Source: Gammaproteobacteria bacterium
GTDB lineage: Bacteria > Pseudomonadota > Gammaproteobacteria > UBA4575
Direction of reading: 5' to 3'
Length of the DNA stretch: 64,000 bases
NCBI GenBank assembly: GCA_965222615.1
Contig: CBDCUI010000008.1
Coordinates: 352,001 to 416,000, forward strand
Of the stretch, positions 1 through 10,916 are shown piece after piece. Every line of letters starts with the position of its first letter. Position 1 is the first letter of the stretch. The translations under genes were made by a program, and so were the position numbers. Below the pieces are notes generated by a model. The model was given only the letters and a program-made list of their open reading frames with translations, was not told where the DNA came from and did not search any database.

Positions 1-2
1 AG

Positions 3-494
3 CGCTTAACGATATTTTTAAATCCTTGGGCTGATCCATTTGGTTCCGGTTTTCAATTAACTCAGTCATTAATTGCGATTGGTAGTGGTGCCTGGACGGG
101 GTTGGGACTAGGTGCAAGTGTGCAAAAATTATTTTATTTGCCTGAGGCACATACAGATTTTGTGTTTGCAGTGATTGCAGAAGAATTGGGATTAATAGGG
201 GTTGCAGTGGTGCTTGCATTGTTTATTGTTTTAATTTATCGATGCTTTGCAATTGGAAAGTTAGTAGAAGAACAAGGCATGAAATTTGGCGCACAAATTT
301 GCTACGGCATTGGGATTTGGTTTGGTTTGCAAGCGTTTATTAATATCGGTGTGAATATGGGGGTATTACCCACAAAAGGCTTAACGTTACCACTTATCAG
401 CGCTGGAGGTAGTAGTCTATTGGTAGTGTGTATGGCAATTGGGTTGATCACCCGAGTTTATATGGAAGCAGCAGCTAAGCTGCCCTCGCGGTGA
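3..494 (+). CDS. ftsW: Cell division peptidoglycan polymerase FtsW (5'-truncated by window edge)
   Basis: Open frame from nt 3 reads [23 protein letters not shown]...LPEAHTDF...[17 protein letters not shown] (SEDS motifs); lies directly before murG. Confidence 0.95.
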   Translation, partial: RLTIFLNPWADPFGSGFQLTQSLIAIGSGAWTGLGLGASVQKLFYLPEAHTDFVFAVIAEELGLIGVAVVLALFIVLIYRCFAIGKLVEEQGMKFGAQICYGIGIWFGLQAFINIGVNMGVLPTKGLTLPLISAGGSSLLVVCMAIGLITRVYMEAAAKLPSR

Positions 495-499
495 TCATT

Positions 500-1620
500 G
501 TGAAGCAGACGCGTTCTCCAGTCATGGTCCTTGCCGGTGGTACGGGTGGACATGTGTTTCCTGCGCTTGCAGTTGCAAAAAAAATTGAACAACAAAATGT
601 GCCAGTGATCTGGGTGGGTACTAAAAAAGGATTGAGTCAAAAATAGTAACTAGAGCAGGTTATCGTTTAGAAAAAATATTCGTGAGTGGTTTACGAGGCA
701 AAGGGTTTACAACCTATTTACTTGCCCCATTAAAACTAATCGTAGCGGGGGCGCAGTCTTTTTGGTTGTTACTAAAGTATCGACCTTGTGCGGTGTTGGG
801 GATGGGAGGATTTGTATCAGGCCCTGCTGGGTTGATAGCGGCATTACTGCGACGTCCATTAGTTATTCATGAGCAAAATGCCATTGCCGGATTGACCAAT
901 CGAATGTTAGCTCCGTTTGCAAAACACATACTCACCGGTTTTCCAAGTACGTTTGTGCGCAAAAATGTCGAAGTAGTGGGCAATCCAGTGCGTGCTGATA
1001 TATCCCAGATTGACCGTGAATATGATATCGCTGAGCCAGCGGGTCGGGTCATTCGAATCTTAGTGGTTGGTGGAAGTTTAGGGGCGCAAGCACTTAATAC
1101 TATTGTCCCAAGCGCTATTGCACGCATTCCTGAAAGTCTCCGACCTGAAGTTTGGCATCAAACAGGTGCAAACAAGCTGCAATTTACTCAGCAGAAATAT
1201 AAGGAGTTGGGGATAGAGGTGCGGGTTGATGAATTTATTGAAGCCATGCATGAAGCCTATGCTTGGGCCGACATTGTTATTTGTCGTGCCGGAGCGATTA
1301 CCGTTGCAGAACTTGCTGTAGTGGGTGTAGGTGCAATCTTTATACCGTACCCCTATGCTGTGGATGATCATCAAACTGCAAATGCATCGGCAATGGTAAA
1401 TTCGGGGGCGGGTTATTTGATTCAAGAAAATGAGCTTGATGAAGACATATTGACTGAACATTTACAAGACATTGCTATAAATCGATCTAAGCTTAAAGGT
1501 TTTGCAAAAGCTGCGAGAAATTTCGCCAAACCTGATGCAGCAGAAGATGTTGCAAAAATTTGTTTGGATATTTGTACTGATAAACGTAGTAGCAGTGCAG
1601 GGCTAGCAAAAGATTTTTAA
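500..1620 (+). CDS. murG: MurG GlcNAc transferase, split by an apparent 1-nt deletion near 629-635
   Basis: GTG at 500 gives [17 protein letters not shown]...WVGTKKGL then TAG at 644-646. The other frame continues [10 protein letters not shown]...SGLRGKG into ORF 682..1620 ([23 protein letters not shown]). Confidence 0.93.
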
Positions 1621-3041
1621 TGATGACATTTAATATTGGACATTTCGCAACGCGTAGAATCAAACATGTGCATTTTGTTGGTATCGGAGGTTCAGGTATG
1701 GGCGGAATTGCCGAAGTCATGGTGAGCTTAGGCTATAAAGTCTATGGCTCCGATATACAAAAGAATGCAATGACAATGAGATTGGATCAGTTAGGTGCAA
1801 TTATCTACTTAGAACATGATGCGAAGAACATAGAAGGTGCAGATGTCGTTGTCATGTCGAGTGCAGTACAAGATGATAATCCTGAAATTAAAGCTGCACG
1901 TGAAAAGAGAATTCCAGTTGTGCCACGCGCAGAAATGTTGGCAGAGTTGATGCGTTTTCGTTATGGCATTGCCGTTGCTGGAACACATGGTAAGACGACC
2001 ACTACTAGCCTTATTGCCTCCATCCTTGCAACCGCCGAGCTTGATCCCACTTTTATTGTGGGGGGTCGTGTGAATAGTTTTGCAAGTCACTCCAAACTTG
2101 GTGCCGGGCAATACTTAGTCGCTGAGGCAGATGAAAGCGATGCATCGTTTTTACATTTACAACCCATTATGTCTGTTGTAACCAATATCGATTCCGATCA
2201 TCTTGCAACTTACGACGGCGACTTTGATAAATTACAAGATACCTTTTTGCAGTTCATACATAATCTTCCATTTTACGGCATGACAGTATTATGTATAGAA
2301 GATGAAACAATACGTAATTTGTTACCAAAAATTTCGCGTCCTTATCTAACCTATGGATGTACGCAGGACGCAGATTACAAAGTTACGGAAGTTGAAAGCG
2401 TAGGTATGAAAACAAAGTTTACGCTACAGTGTCCTGGTAAAAACTCTGCAATCAAATTTGAACTCAATTTACCTGGAATACACAATGTGTTAAATGCGGT
2501 AGCTGCTACCATAATTGCACTACAATTAGATATCAAACCTGGTTATATACAAACTGCACTGGAAAGTTTTCAAGGTATTGCACGAAGATTTCAAACTTAC
2601 CCGAAAATACGTATCAATGATAAACATATCCAATTAGTGGATGATTATGGTCATCATCCTACGGAGATGGTTGCCACCATGACCGCTGCAAGAGAGGCTT
2701 GGCCGGGCAAAAGATTAGTAGTGTTATTTCAACCACATCGATATACACGAACACGAGATTTATTCGACGACTTTGTACGTGTTTTAAATGAAGCCGACAC
2801 ACTCATGTTATGTGAAGTTTATGCAGCCAATGAAGAACCAATTCCTGGGGCAGATAGCCCCGCTTTAAGTCGTGCCTTACGTGCACGTGGTAAGTTGGAC
2901 CCAATATTGGTTAAAGATTTATCTGAAATACAAACAACACTTGAACATGTACTGCAAGATGACGATGTTTTATTGACTTTGGGGGCAGGAAGCATTGGTA
3001 ACATTGCAAACATACTGAGCGAGTCATTTATAGGCCATTAA
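1620..3041 (+). CDS. murC: UDP-N-acetylmuramate--L-alanine ligase
   Basis: HFVGIGGSGMGGIA, GTHGKTTTT, EADESD, DDYGHHPTE, FQPHRYTRT. Confidence 0.98.
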   Translation: MMTFNIGHFATRRIKHVHFVGIGGSGMGGIAEVMVSLGYKVYGSDIQKNAMTMRLDQLGAIIYLEHDAKNIEGADVVVMSSAVQDDNPEIKAAREKRIPVVPRAEMLAELMRFRYGIAVAGTHGKTTTTSLIASILATAELDPTFIVGGRVNSFASHSKLGAGQYLVAEADESDASFLHLQPIMSVVTNIDSDHLATYDGDFDKLQDTFLQFIHNLPFYGMTVLCIEDETIRNLLPKISRPYLTYGCTQDADYKVTEVESVGMKTKFTLQCPGKNSAIKFELNLPGIHNVLNAVAATIIALQLDIKPGYIQTALESFQGIARRFQTYPKIRINDKHIQLVDDYGHHPTEMVATMTAAREAWPGKRLVVLFQPHRYTRTRDLFDDFVRVLNEADTLMLCEVYAANEEPIPGADSPALSRALRARGKLDPILVKDLSEIQTTLEHVLQDDDVLLTLGAGSIGNIANILSESFIGH

Positions 3042-3044
3042 AAT

Positions 3045-3944
3045 ATGATCGCAGCACAAGATATCGCAATGCATCGAGGCACATTAGAGAAAAATGCCTC
3101 TTTGGCACGTTATACGAGTTGGAAAGTTGGGGGCACTGCAGATGTTTTGTATCAGCCAGCGGATTTAATGGATTTAAAAGAGTTTTTACTTTCTTTAGAT
3201 AAAGATGTGCCCATTACCTGGTTGGGGAATGGTACGAATGTGCTTGTGCGTGACGGTGGTGTACGTGGTGTAGTAATTATACTACGCGGAGGTCTAGATC
3301 AAATTGAATTAATTTCGCCAACCAAAATACGTGCTGAAGTTGGCGTGCCATGTGCGAAATTAGCGCGCTTTTGTGCTAATGCAGATTTAGTAGGTGCTGA
3401 ATTTCTTGCCGGTATTCCTGGTGTCGTCGGAGGTGCATTAGCCATGAATTCTGGCGCCTATGGTAGTGAAACATGGGATTTTGTCATCGATGTACAAACC
3501 ATAGACCGGGCTGGTAAATTGTCCATGCTCAAGCCAGAAGACTTACAAATAGGATACCGTAGTGTTGAGGGGTTAAATAATGAATGGTTTGTTGCAGCTC
3601 AGTTTGGGTTTTCGCAAGGCGATGGTCAACACGCGCGTGACAAAATCCGTGAATTATTAAATCAACGCAACGCATCACAACCGGTAGGCAATCAAAGCTG
3701 TGGCTCGGTATTTCGCAACCCAAAAAATGATCATGCTGCTAGATTAATTGATAGTTGTAACTTAAAAGGTACTACTATAGGTGGAGCACAAGTATCAACC
3801 AAGCATGCAAACTTTATTATTAATACAGGTGACGCTACTGCAAATGATATAGAAGAACTAATAAATAAAGTACGTGTAACGATAAAAAATAAGTGTGGTG
3901 TATCACTTATACCTGAAGTAAGGATTATTGGTGAGACAGCGTGA
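3045..3944 (+). CDS. murB: UDP-N-acetylenolpyruvoylglucosamine reductase
   Basis: SWKVGGTA, GNGTNVL, GIPG..GGAL.MN.GAYG, GSVFRNP, KHANFIIN. Confidence 0.97.
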   Translation: MIAAQDIAMHRGTLEKNASLARYTSWKVGGTADVLYQPADLMDLKEFLLSLDKDVPITWLGNGTNVLVRDGGVRGVVIILRGGLDQIELISPTKIRAEVGVPCAKLARFCANADLVGAEFLAGIPGVVGGALAMNSGAYGSETWDFVIDVQTIDRAGKLSMLKPEDLQIGYRSVEGLNNEWFVAAQFGFSQGDGQHARDKIRELLNQRNASQPVGNQSCGSVFRNPKNDHAARLIDSCNLKGTTIGGAQVSTKHANFIINTGDATANDIEELINKVRVTIKNKCGVSLIPEVRIIGETA

Positions 3945-4870
3945 TGCATAATCCACCATTTGGCAAAGTAGCAGTATTGATGGGAGGGCGATCTGCAGAG
4001 CGTGAAATCTCCCTGCGCAGTGGCACTGCAGTATTGCAAGCTTTGACTACAATGAAAATTGAAGCCGAGGCAATTGATGTGTCAGAAAATATTTTTGAAC
4101 GATTGCGTCAAGGCAATTACACTCGCGCCTTTATTGCGTTGCATGGGCCTCTTGGTGAAGATGGTTGTATCCAAGGAGGTTTGGAGGTAATCGGCTTGCC
4201 ATACAGCGGTAGTGGGGTGATGGCTTCAAGCATCTGTATGAATAAGTTAATGACCAAACAAATTTGGCAAGGTTGTAACATCCCCACCCCCAAGTATTGC
4301 ATTTTAAACGATGGTTTTGATCAAGATCTCTTGTTACAGGAATTGGGTTTGCCGATGATTTTTAAACCTGTATCACAAGGTTCCAGTGTTGGTATGACTA
4401 AAGTCAACTCTAAGCAAGAGATTGAGCAAGCGTGGCAACATGCACATGCATTTGAAGAAACTGTAATGGCTGAGCAGTGGATCACTGGTAAGGAATACAC
4501 GGTTGCTATTCTAGATGATCAAGCCCTGCCAATTATTCGTCTAGAAACACCAAGAACATTTTACGATTATGAAGCCAAATACGAGTCCAATGAAACCCAA
4601 TATCATTGCCCTTGTGGGTTGCCATCAACATTAGAACGCGAAATTCAGAACTTGGCCTTACAAGCCTTTAACGCAACGGCTGCAAAAGGTTGGGGGCGTG
4701 TCGATGTCATGCTCGATGATGAAAATAAGCCTTGGTTCCTGGAAATTAATACGGTTCCAGGTATGACGGATCATAGCTTGGTGCCAATGGCTGCAAAAGC
4801 TGTTGATATCGAATTTAATGAATTAGTAATTAAAATTTTAGAAACTTCGTTTACCGAGAAAGTTTTTTAA
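3941..4870 (+). CDS. ddl: D-alanine--D-alanine ligase
   Basis: GGRSAEREISL.SG, LHGPLGEDG, GSSVG, YDYEAKY, LEINTVPGMT. Confidence 0.97.
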   Translation: MMHNPPFGKVAVLMGGRSAEREISLRSGTAVLQALTTMKIEAEAIDVSENIFERLRQGNYTRAFIALHGPLGEDGCIQGGLEVIGLPYSGSGVMASSICMNKLMTKQIWQGCNIPTPKYCILNDGFDQDLLLQELGLPMIFKPVSQGSSVGMTKVNSKQEIEQAWQHAHAFEETVMAEQWITGKEYTVAILDDQALPIIRLETPRTFYDYEAKYESNETQYHCPCGLPSTLEREIQNLALQAFNATAAKGWGRVDVMLDDENKPWFLEINTVPGMTDHSLVPMAAKAVDIEFNELVIKILETSFTEKVF

Positions 4871-4871
4871 T

Positions 4872-5669
4872 GTGAAAAGAAAAAGATATAACAAACGCGC
4901 CAAAAAGAAACAAACACAGGTGCAATTTGCCTGGCGTGATGTCTGTGACATGATGGTGATTGTTTTATTATTAAGTGTGATTGTTTATTTCTCACACTAT
5001 ATGCGAAATAATCATCTAAACATACCTGTCTGGCCGCAAATTAAAACTGTGCAGGTTAGCGGAGTTCTGCATGTAACGGATCGAGTTACTTTTGAAAACA
5101 TTATACAAAAGCACACTGCAGGTGGTTTTTTTCATGTGCAAATGGGTTTATTAGAGGAAGAGTTAACAGGTTTGCCTTGGGTTTATCGTGCTTCGGTACA
5201 AAGATTATGGCCCAACACCTTAGCAGTAAAGGTCATTGAACAACATCCGATTGCAAGATGGGGAGATTCTGGGCTAATGAACGCGTACGGAGAAGTCTTT
5301 TTTCCATCCACAACGGAACCCTATGCATCCTTTCCAATGTTGTTTGGTGAAGAAATTAGGTCCAAAGATTTAGCAACCGTATTTGAGAATAGCCTAAAGC
5401 AATTGCAACCTTTAGGGCTGCAATTACGAGGTTTATTTGAAGATGAGCGCCAATCTAAACATCTTGTATTATCAAATGGATTGGTGTTGGCAATTGGTGA
5501 CGGAAATGTCGTAAAAAAAATTGCACGGTTCATTACAGCATACCAACAATATTTATCTCCTTATTTATCTGAGGTCGAAAAAATCGATCTACGTTATACC
5601 AATGGGTTGGCAGTAGAGTGGAAAAATCCACAATTAGCAAACAACATCGAACTGGAACGTAAGTTATGA
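4872..5669 (+). CDS. ftsQ: Cell division protein FtsQ
   Basis: Basic N-terminus, one TM segment, POTRA-like LPWV..ASVQRLWP, C-terminal IDLRYTNGLAV; lies before ftsA. Confidence 0.93.
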   Translation: MKRKRYNKRAKKKQTQVQFAWRDVCDMMVIVLLLSVIVYFSHYMRNNHLNIPVWPQIKTVQVSGVLHVTDRVTFENIIQKHTAGGFFHVQMGLLEEELTGLPWVYRASVQRLWPNTLAVKVIEQHPIARWGDSGLMNAYGEVFFPSTTEPYASFPMLFGEEIRSKDLATVFENSLKQLQPLGLQLRGLFEDERQSKHLVLSNGLVLAIGDGNVVKKIARFITAYQQYLSPYLSEVEKIDLRYTNGLAVEWKNPQLANNIELERKL

Positions 5670-6901
5670 GCCGCAAAATGGAAAAAGGAATGATGGTAGG
5701 TTTAGATATTGGTACTTCTAAAGTTACTGCCATTGTTGGTGAAGTGAATGAAGATAATCAGATAGAGATTGTCGGTATTGGAACGCAATTATCACGCGGT
5801 TTAAAAAAAGGGGTTGTGGTTAATATCGAATCGACGGTTCAATCTATTCAGCGTGCCATAGAAGAAGCCGAGCTTATGGCCGGTTGCCAAATTCATTCCG
5901 TATACGCCGGCATTGCGGGAAGTCATATACGTAGCATGAATTCACATGGCATTGTGGCAATTAAAGATCGAGAAGTATCAAACGGAGATGTAGAACGTGT
6001 GATCGATGCCGCCAGAGCGGTAGCGATACCTGCTGATCAAAGGGTATTGCATGTAATGCCACAAGAATTTGTGATTGATCAGCAAGAAGGCATTCGCGAA
6101 CCAATTGGCATGTCGGGAGTGCGTCTTGAAGCAAAAGTGCATCTAGTGACCGGTGCCATGAGTGCAGCGCAAAATATTATTAAATGTGTGCGTCGTTGTG
6201 GTTTGGAAGTGGACGATATTATTTTGGAGCAACTTGCGTCGAGCCATTCTGTTTTAACGGAAGATGAAAAAGAGTTAGGCATATGTTTGGTAGACATCGG
6301 GGGCGGAACCACTGATGTTGCAGTGTTCACAGATGGCGCGATAAAACATACCGCCGTTATTCCAATTGCTGGTGATCAAGTCACCAATGATATTGCCGTT
6401 GCGATGCGCACGCCCACCCAATATGCCGAAGAAATTAAAATTAAATATGCCTGCGCATTGCGGCAACTCGCCAATCCAGATGACACCATTGAAGTTCCAA
6501 GTGTAGGGGATCGGGAACCACGCAGATTATCACGTCAAACCTTAGCGGAAGTGGTAGAGCCGCGTTATGAAGAATTGTTATCCCTGGTACACGCAGAATT
6601 GCGTCGTAGTGGCTTTGAAGATTTAGTGGCAGCAGGTGTGGTGTTAACCGGTGGTAGTTCCAAAATGGAAGGTGTTGTGGATTTAGCAGAAGAGGTGTTT
6701 CACATGCCAGTACGTTTAGGAATGCCGCAATATGTAACCGGCTTAATCGATGTGGTGCGTAATCCAATTCATGCAACAGGAGTTGGGTTGCTTTTATTTG
6801 GACATCAAAATCAACAGTTGAATGAAAGTTCTATTTTTAACGAATCAAATATGGGGGGCGTGTTTAACAGAATGAAGAGTTGGTTTCAGGGGAGTTTTTG
6901 A
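5666..6901 (+). CDS. ftsA: Cell division protein FtsA
   Basis: GLDIGTSKV, DIGGGTTD, VLTGGSS, C-terminal amphipathic MKSWFQGSF. Confidence 0.98.
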   Translation: MSRKMEKGMMVGLDIGTSKVTAIVGEVNEDNQIEIVGIGTQLSRGLKKGVVVNIESTVQSIQRAIEEAELMAGCQIHSVYAGIAGSHIRSMNSHGIVAIKDREVSNGDVERVIDAARAVAIPADQRVLHVMPQEFVIDQQEGIREPIGMSGVRLEAKVHLVTGAMSAAQNIIKCVRRCGLEVDDIILEQLASSHSVLTEDEKELGICLVDIGGGTTDVAVFTDGAIKHTAVIPIAGDQVTNDIAVAMRTPTQYAEEIKIKYACALRQLANPDDTIEVPSVGDREPRRLSRQTLAEVVEPRYEELLSLVHAELRRSGFEDLVAAGVVLTGGSSKMEGVVDLAEEVFHMPVRLGMPQYVTGLIDVVRNPIHATGVGLLLFGHQNQQLNESSIFNESNMGGVFNRMKSWFQGSF

Positions 6902-6949
6902 TAACTCATTTATTTATATATAATGTGTTTTAACTAGAGGAGGAAGGTC

Positions 6950-8110
6950 ATGTTTGAATTAATGGATGCATACAGCCAAAGCGCTGTAATTAAGGTTATT
7001 GGTGTTGGTGGTGGTGGCGGAAACGCTGTGCAACATATGGTCAACTCATCCATAGAAGGGGTTGACTTTGTGTGTGCCAATACAGATTCACAGGCGCTTA
7101 AAAACACCAACGCAAAAACAGTCTTACAATTAGGCAGCGATATCACTAAGGGGCTAGGAGCAGGTTCGAATCCGGTAGTGGGGCGTGAAGCCGCATTAGA
7201 AGATCGTGATCGTATTCATGATGTTATTGCCGGTGCCGATATGTTGTTTATTACTGCTGGCATGGGGGGTGGTACTGGAACGGGTGCGGCACCGATTGTT
7301 GCAGAAGTTGCTAAGGAGCTTGGTATTTTAACCGTTGCTGTGGTTACCAAACCATTTCCATTTGAAGGTAACAAACGTATGCAAATTGCCAATACTGGTA
7401 TTGAAGAGTTGGCAAAGCATGTAGATTCTTTAATTACAATTCCTAATGAAAAATTGCTCACTGTTTTAGGTAAAGAAACTAATTTATTGGATGCATTTAA
7501 ATCCGCAAATGACGTACTACATGGGGCGGTGCAAGGAATTGCTGAACTGATTACATGCCCTGGTCTTATAAATGTTGATTTTGCTGATGTGCGTACCGTG
7601 ATGTCTGAAATGGGCATGGCGATGATGGGATCCGGAGTCTCAGTGGGTACAGAGCGTGCCAGAGAATCTGCAGAAGCGGCGATTTCCAGTCCATTACTGG
7701 AAGATGTGAATATTGCCGGTGCTAAAGGCATTCTTGTCAACGTAACGGCAAATTCCAGTCTGTCTATCGGCGAATTTGAAGAAGTAGGTAATCACATCAA
7801 AGGCTTGGCCTCAGATGATGCTACCGTAGTGGTAGGAACAGTAATCGATGAATCGATGGGAGATAATCTTCGTGTCACCTTGGTGGCTACTGGGATTGGT
7901 TCACAGGCGCTGTCTATGCCGGTGAAACCCACAGTTAAGCTGGTAGAGACCCCGATTGTTGATCCTGACGTAACTGAGGAGGAACCAGAGCATATAGAAC
8001 GGGCGGTGGCGATTCGTACGGAAAATCGGGCAAAAGTCGTAGAAAAAGAAGATGACTACGATTTGGATTACTTAGATATTCCGGCGTTTTTGCGTAGACA
8101 AGCCGATTAA
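6950..8110 (+). CDS. ftsZ: Cell division protein FtsZ
   Basis: GVGGGGGNAV, tubulin signature GMGGGTGTG, C-terminal LDIPAFLRRQAD. Confidence 0.99.
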   Translation: MFELMDAYSQSAVIKVIGVGGGGGNAVQHMVNSSIEGVDFVCANTDSQALKNTNAKTVLQLGSDITKGLGAGSNPVVGREAALEDRDRIHDVIAGADMLFITAGMGGGTGTGAAPIVAEVAKELGILTVAVVTKPFPFEGNKRMQIANTGIEELAKHVDSLITIPNEKLLTVLGKETNLLDAFKSANDVLHGAVQGIAELITCPGLINVDFADVRTVMSEMGMAMMGSGVSVGTERARESAEAAISSPLLEDVNIAGAKGILVNVTANSSLSIGEFEEVGNHIKGLASDDATVVVGTVIDESMGDNLRVTLVATGIGSQALSMPVKPTVKLVETPIVDPDVTEEEPEHIERAVAIRTENRAKVVEKEDDYDLDYLDIPAFLRRQAD

Positions 8111-8122
8111 TCGGAACCATTT

Positions 8123-8152
8123 TCGCTATGAGGGCTCAAAACCTCATAGCGA
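8123..8152 (+). other. Strong stem-loop after ftsZ (no U-tract; possible mRNA-stabilising or pause element)
   Basis: TCGCTATGAGG-gctcaaaa-CCTCATAGCGA, perfect 11-bp stem. Confidence 0.55.
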
Positions 8153-8277
8153 CGATATTGTAGAAATTGTGTAATAATGTCGCCCACTAAATGTATGGCG
8201 TCTGCTTGTTGGCAATTTATGGCGCTGCGTGAGGAACAACAGCCTAATTGCTTGAGATCGATGGGACATAACGATCC

Positions 8278-9198
8278 GTGATAAAACAGAGAACATTAAA
8301 GAACGTTATACGCGCTACAGGTGTAGGTCTGCATACGGGAGAAAAGGTATACCTGACCTTACGGCCGGCACCTGTGGATATTGGGGTGATCTTTAGACGT
8401 ATCGACCTAGATCCACCTGTCGAAATCAAAGCCAGTCCAGATAATGTTGGGGATACACGCTTATCCACTACATTGGTATCGGATGGCGTAAGGATTTCTA
8501 CGGTTGAGCATTTATTGTCGGCCATAGCGGGCCTAGGTATCGATAATGCCTATGTCGATGTTAGTGCACCTGAGGTGCCGATCATGGATGGCAGTGCAGG
8601 TCCATTTGTATTTCTAGTCCAGTCGGCAGGCATTGTTGAACAAAATGCACCAAAAAAATTTATTCGCATCAAGAAATCTGTAGAAATTAAAGAAGATGGC
8701 AAGTGGGCCAGGTTTGATCCATTTGATGGGTTCAAAGTAGGTTTTACTATCGACTTTGACCATCCAGTATTTAAAGCTGGGCCGCAAAAAGCCGAAGTAG
8801 ACTTTTCAACTACTTCATTTGTAAAAGAAGTTTCACGCTCACGCACATTTGGTTTTATGCGTGATTTTGAAACCTTACGTTCGCGTAATTTGGCTTTGGG
8901 CGGAAGTCTGGATAATTCAATAGCGGTGGATGATCACCGTATATTAAATGAAGATGGTCTGCGCTATGAAGATGAGTTTGTTAAACATAAAATTTTGGAT
9001 GCGATCGGGGATTTATATTTATTAGGTCATAGTTTGATCGGTGCATTTAGCGGTTATAAGTCCGGTCATGCATTGAATAATAAGTTGCTGCGTAAGTTGG
9101 TTGCTGAGACTGAGGCTTGGGAAGAGGCTACCTTTGAAGATAACGAAGAGGCAGTGCCCATTGTTTATAGTCGTCCGATAAGTGCCGGGGTTCAATAA
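8278..9198 (+). CDS. lpxC: UDP-3-O-acyl-GlcNAc deacetylase LpxC
   Basis: [42 protein letters not shown]. Confidence 0.98.
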   Translation: MIKQRTLKNVIRATGVGLHTGEKVYLTLRPAPVDIGVIFRRIDLDPPVEIKASPDNVGDTRLSTTLVSDGVRISTVEHLLSAIAGLGIDNAYVDVSAPEVPIMDGSAGPFVFLVQSAGIVEQNAPKKFIRIKKSVEIKEDGKWARFDPFDGFKVGFTIDFDHPVFKAGPQKAEVDFSTTSFVKEVSRSRTFGFMRDFETLRSRNLALGGSLDNSIAVDDHRILNEDGLRYEDEFVKHKILDAIGDLYLLGHSLIGAFSGYKSGHALNNKLLRKLVAETEAWEEATFEDNEEAVPIVYSRPISAGVQ

Positions 9199-9224
9199 AC
9201 AAAAATCTCGACTAGTTGGTATTG

Positions 9225-9650
9225 TCAACCATTTTCATAATGTTTTGCCAGCTTAGCTAGGGCTTTTTGTAAGTCCTTGTCTTTAATGGTATTTGCACAT
9301 TCATTGAGGTATCGTGCACTGGACTTAGATAAGGCTATGGGCTTAGTCGGAGGTTCTATGCCGCTGGCAACAATGTCGATTCTAATCTTTATTCGATTCA
9401 GGTATTCCTTTACAGTTAGGCTTAGTTCTTGATTCAACTGCTTCAGAATTTCACGTTGTTGAAACCGAATCAGACTAGCTCGATTAGGGTCATTTGTGAC
9501 GATTGTAAGAGTACGGTCTTGGATGCTCGCTACCCAACAATGACAGGCCAACTCTGGAGACAAATGCATCCTTAAACTTAAAGTAAGTCTGTGCAGAAAT
9601 TTAGCTTTATTCTGCAAGTCGGTACTAATATATGAAGATAATTTTTGCAC
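9225..9650 (-). CDS. dciA: DUF721 / DciA family helicase-loader protein
   Basis: HCWVAS...LTI...ASLIRFQQREIL, C-terminal ALAKLA; conserved position between lpxC and the M23 peptidase. Confidence 0.75.
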   Translation of the reverse strand: MQKLSSYISTDLQNKAKFLHRLTLSLRMHLSPELACHCWVASIQDRTLTIVTNDPNRASLIRFQQREILKQLNQELSLTVKEYLNRIKIRIDIVASGIEPPTKPIALSKSSARYLNECANTIKDKDLQKALAKLAKHYENG

Positions 9651-9735
9651 AAGAACTAAGTATTTTGCGAAATGGAATTCAAACTATGATTTTAAACGTA
9701 AAAATACGATAATTAATAAAAATAAAGAATAAAGT

Positions 9736-10644
9736 ATGAACATTATCATTTTTCCTCGTCCACGCACACGTTTTACCTATGTAAAGTATCTACATGGTTG
9801 GAATAAGTTAGGCATATTTTTGGCATTAGTTGCGTTATCCGCTGTTTTGGTTAGTGGTGGGTACCTGCTTGGTTTGTCATTTGGGCACAAAGCAATTTTG
9901 GGGGAATGGAAGTCTGACGTTATAGAGCAGAAAGAACACCTTAACTTGGCCAAACAAGAAAGCCAAACACAAATAGATGCTCTAACGACTAAAGTTGGTT
10001 TATTGCAAGCTCATGTGAATCGAATTGATGCATTAGGCAATAGGTTAGTCAATATGGCTAATCTTGATGCAGATGAATTTAGTTTTGATTCAACACCTGG
10101 TTTAGGTGGTCCAAATGCATTTGATGAGAATACAAATCAAGTTGATTTAGAAATTGATGCGGTATTGGGTAGAATTAATGCTGAGCTAGAAGAACGTGAG
10201 CATCAGTTACAGGTATTAAACGATTTGTTGATCGACCAAAAACTAGAACAAGAAACCTATCCACAAGGGCGTCCTATTATACATGGCTGGATTTCATCCT
10301 ATTTTGGCAAACGCCGTAGTCCTTTCACGGGCAAGTCTGAAATGCATCGAGGTGTTGATTTTGCAGGTAAGTCCGGAAGTGATGTGGTTGCCGTAGCTGG
10401 GGGCATTGTTACACAGGCTGCCAAACATGGTGCCTATGGCTATCTTGTGGAAATCGATCACGGCAATGGGTATATAACCCGCTATGGACACAATCAGTTT
10501 CTTCTGGTGCAGGCAGGAGAGGCCATTAAGCGCGGTCAGGTAATTGCTAAGCTGGGCAGTACCGGTCGCTCAACGGGCCCGCATGTTCATTTTGAGGTGC
10601 TCAAAGACGGGGCTCGTATCGATCCTATGAAGTTTGTTCAGTAG
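9736..10644 (+). CDS. M23 family metallopeptidase with N-terminal TM and coiled coil
   Basis: HRGVDFAG, YGH, STGRSTGPHVHFEV; usual position before secA. Confidence 0.93.
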   Translation: MNIIIFPRPRTRFTYVKYLHGWNKLGIFLALVALSAVLVSGGYLLGLSFGHKAILGEWKSDVIEQKEHLNLAKQESQTQIDALTTKVGLLQAHVNRIDALGNRLVNMANLDADEFSFDSTPGLGGPNAFDENTNQVDLEIDAVLGRINAELEEREHQLQVLNDLLIDQKLEQETYPQGRPIIHGWISSYFGKRRSPFTGKSEMHRGVDFAGKSGSDVVAVAGGIVTQAAKHGAYGYLVEIDHGNGYITRYGHNQFLLVQAGEAIKRGQVIAKLGSTGRSTGPHVHFEVLKDGARIDPMKFVQ

Positions 10645-10916
10645 CCCACATATTGCATCTGATCCTGGCCAATAAACTTAAAGAGCTCTTATGCAATGTG
10701 CGCATTGCAGAGCCTATTAAATCCAGTTAGTCTTAGTTCGTTCTCGCTAATTGCATGAGACAGCCCATAAAATATATTGGCTAGTATAGGTCTTGTTGCC
10801 AAGTTGTTTTTACGTGTTTACCAGTAATTTTGCCTTTTATTAAATAATTTCGTTCGCTATACCAGCATTCAATACCGTTGCACTTTCAAGCTTCATTTTG
10901 GTCCAAACATTAGCCT

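Noticed and set aside
682-1620. ORF-track MurG as a naturally short protein
   Set aside because: The conserved GGTGGH N-terminus is present upstream in another frame
7216-7740. Long antisense ORF inside ftsZ, and similar ones inside pilC, secA, argJ and clpB
   Set aside because: They mirror conserved sense genes codon for codon and show no motifs of their own
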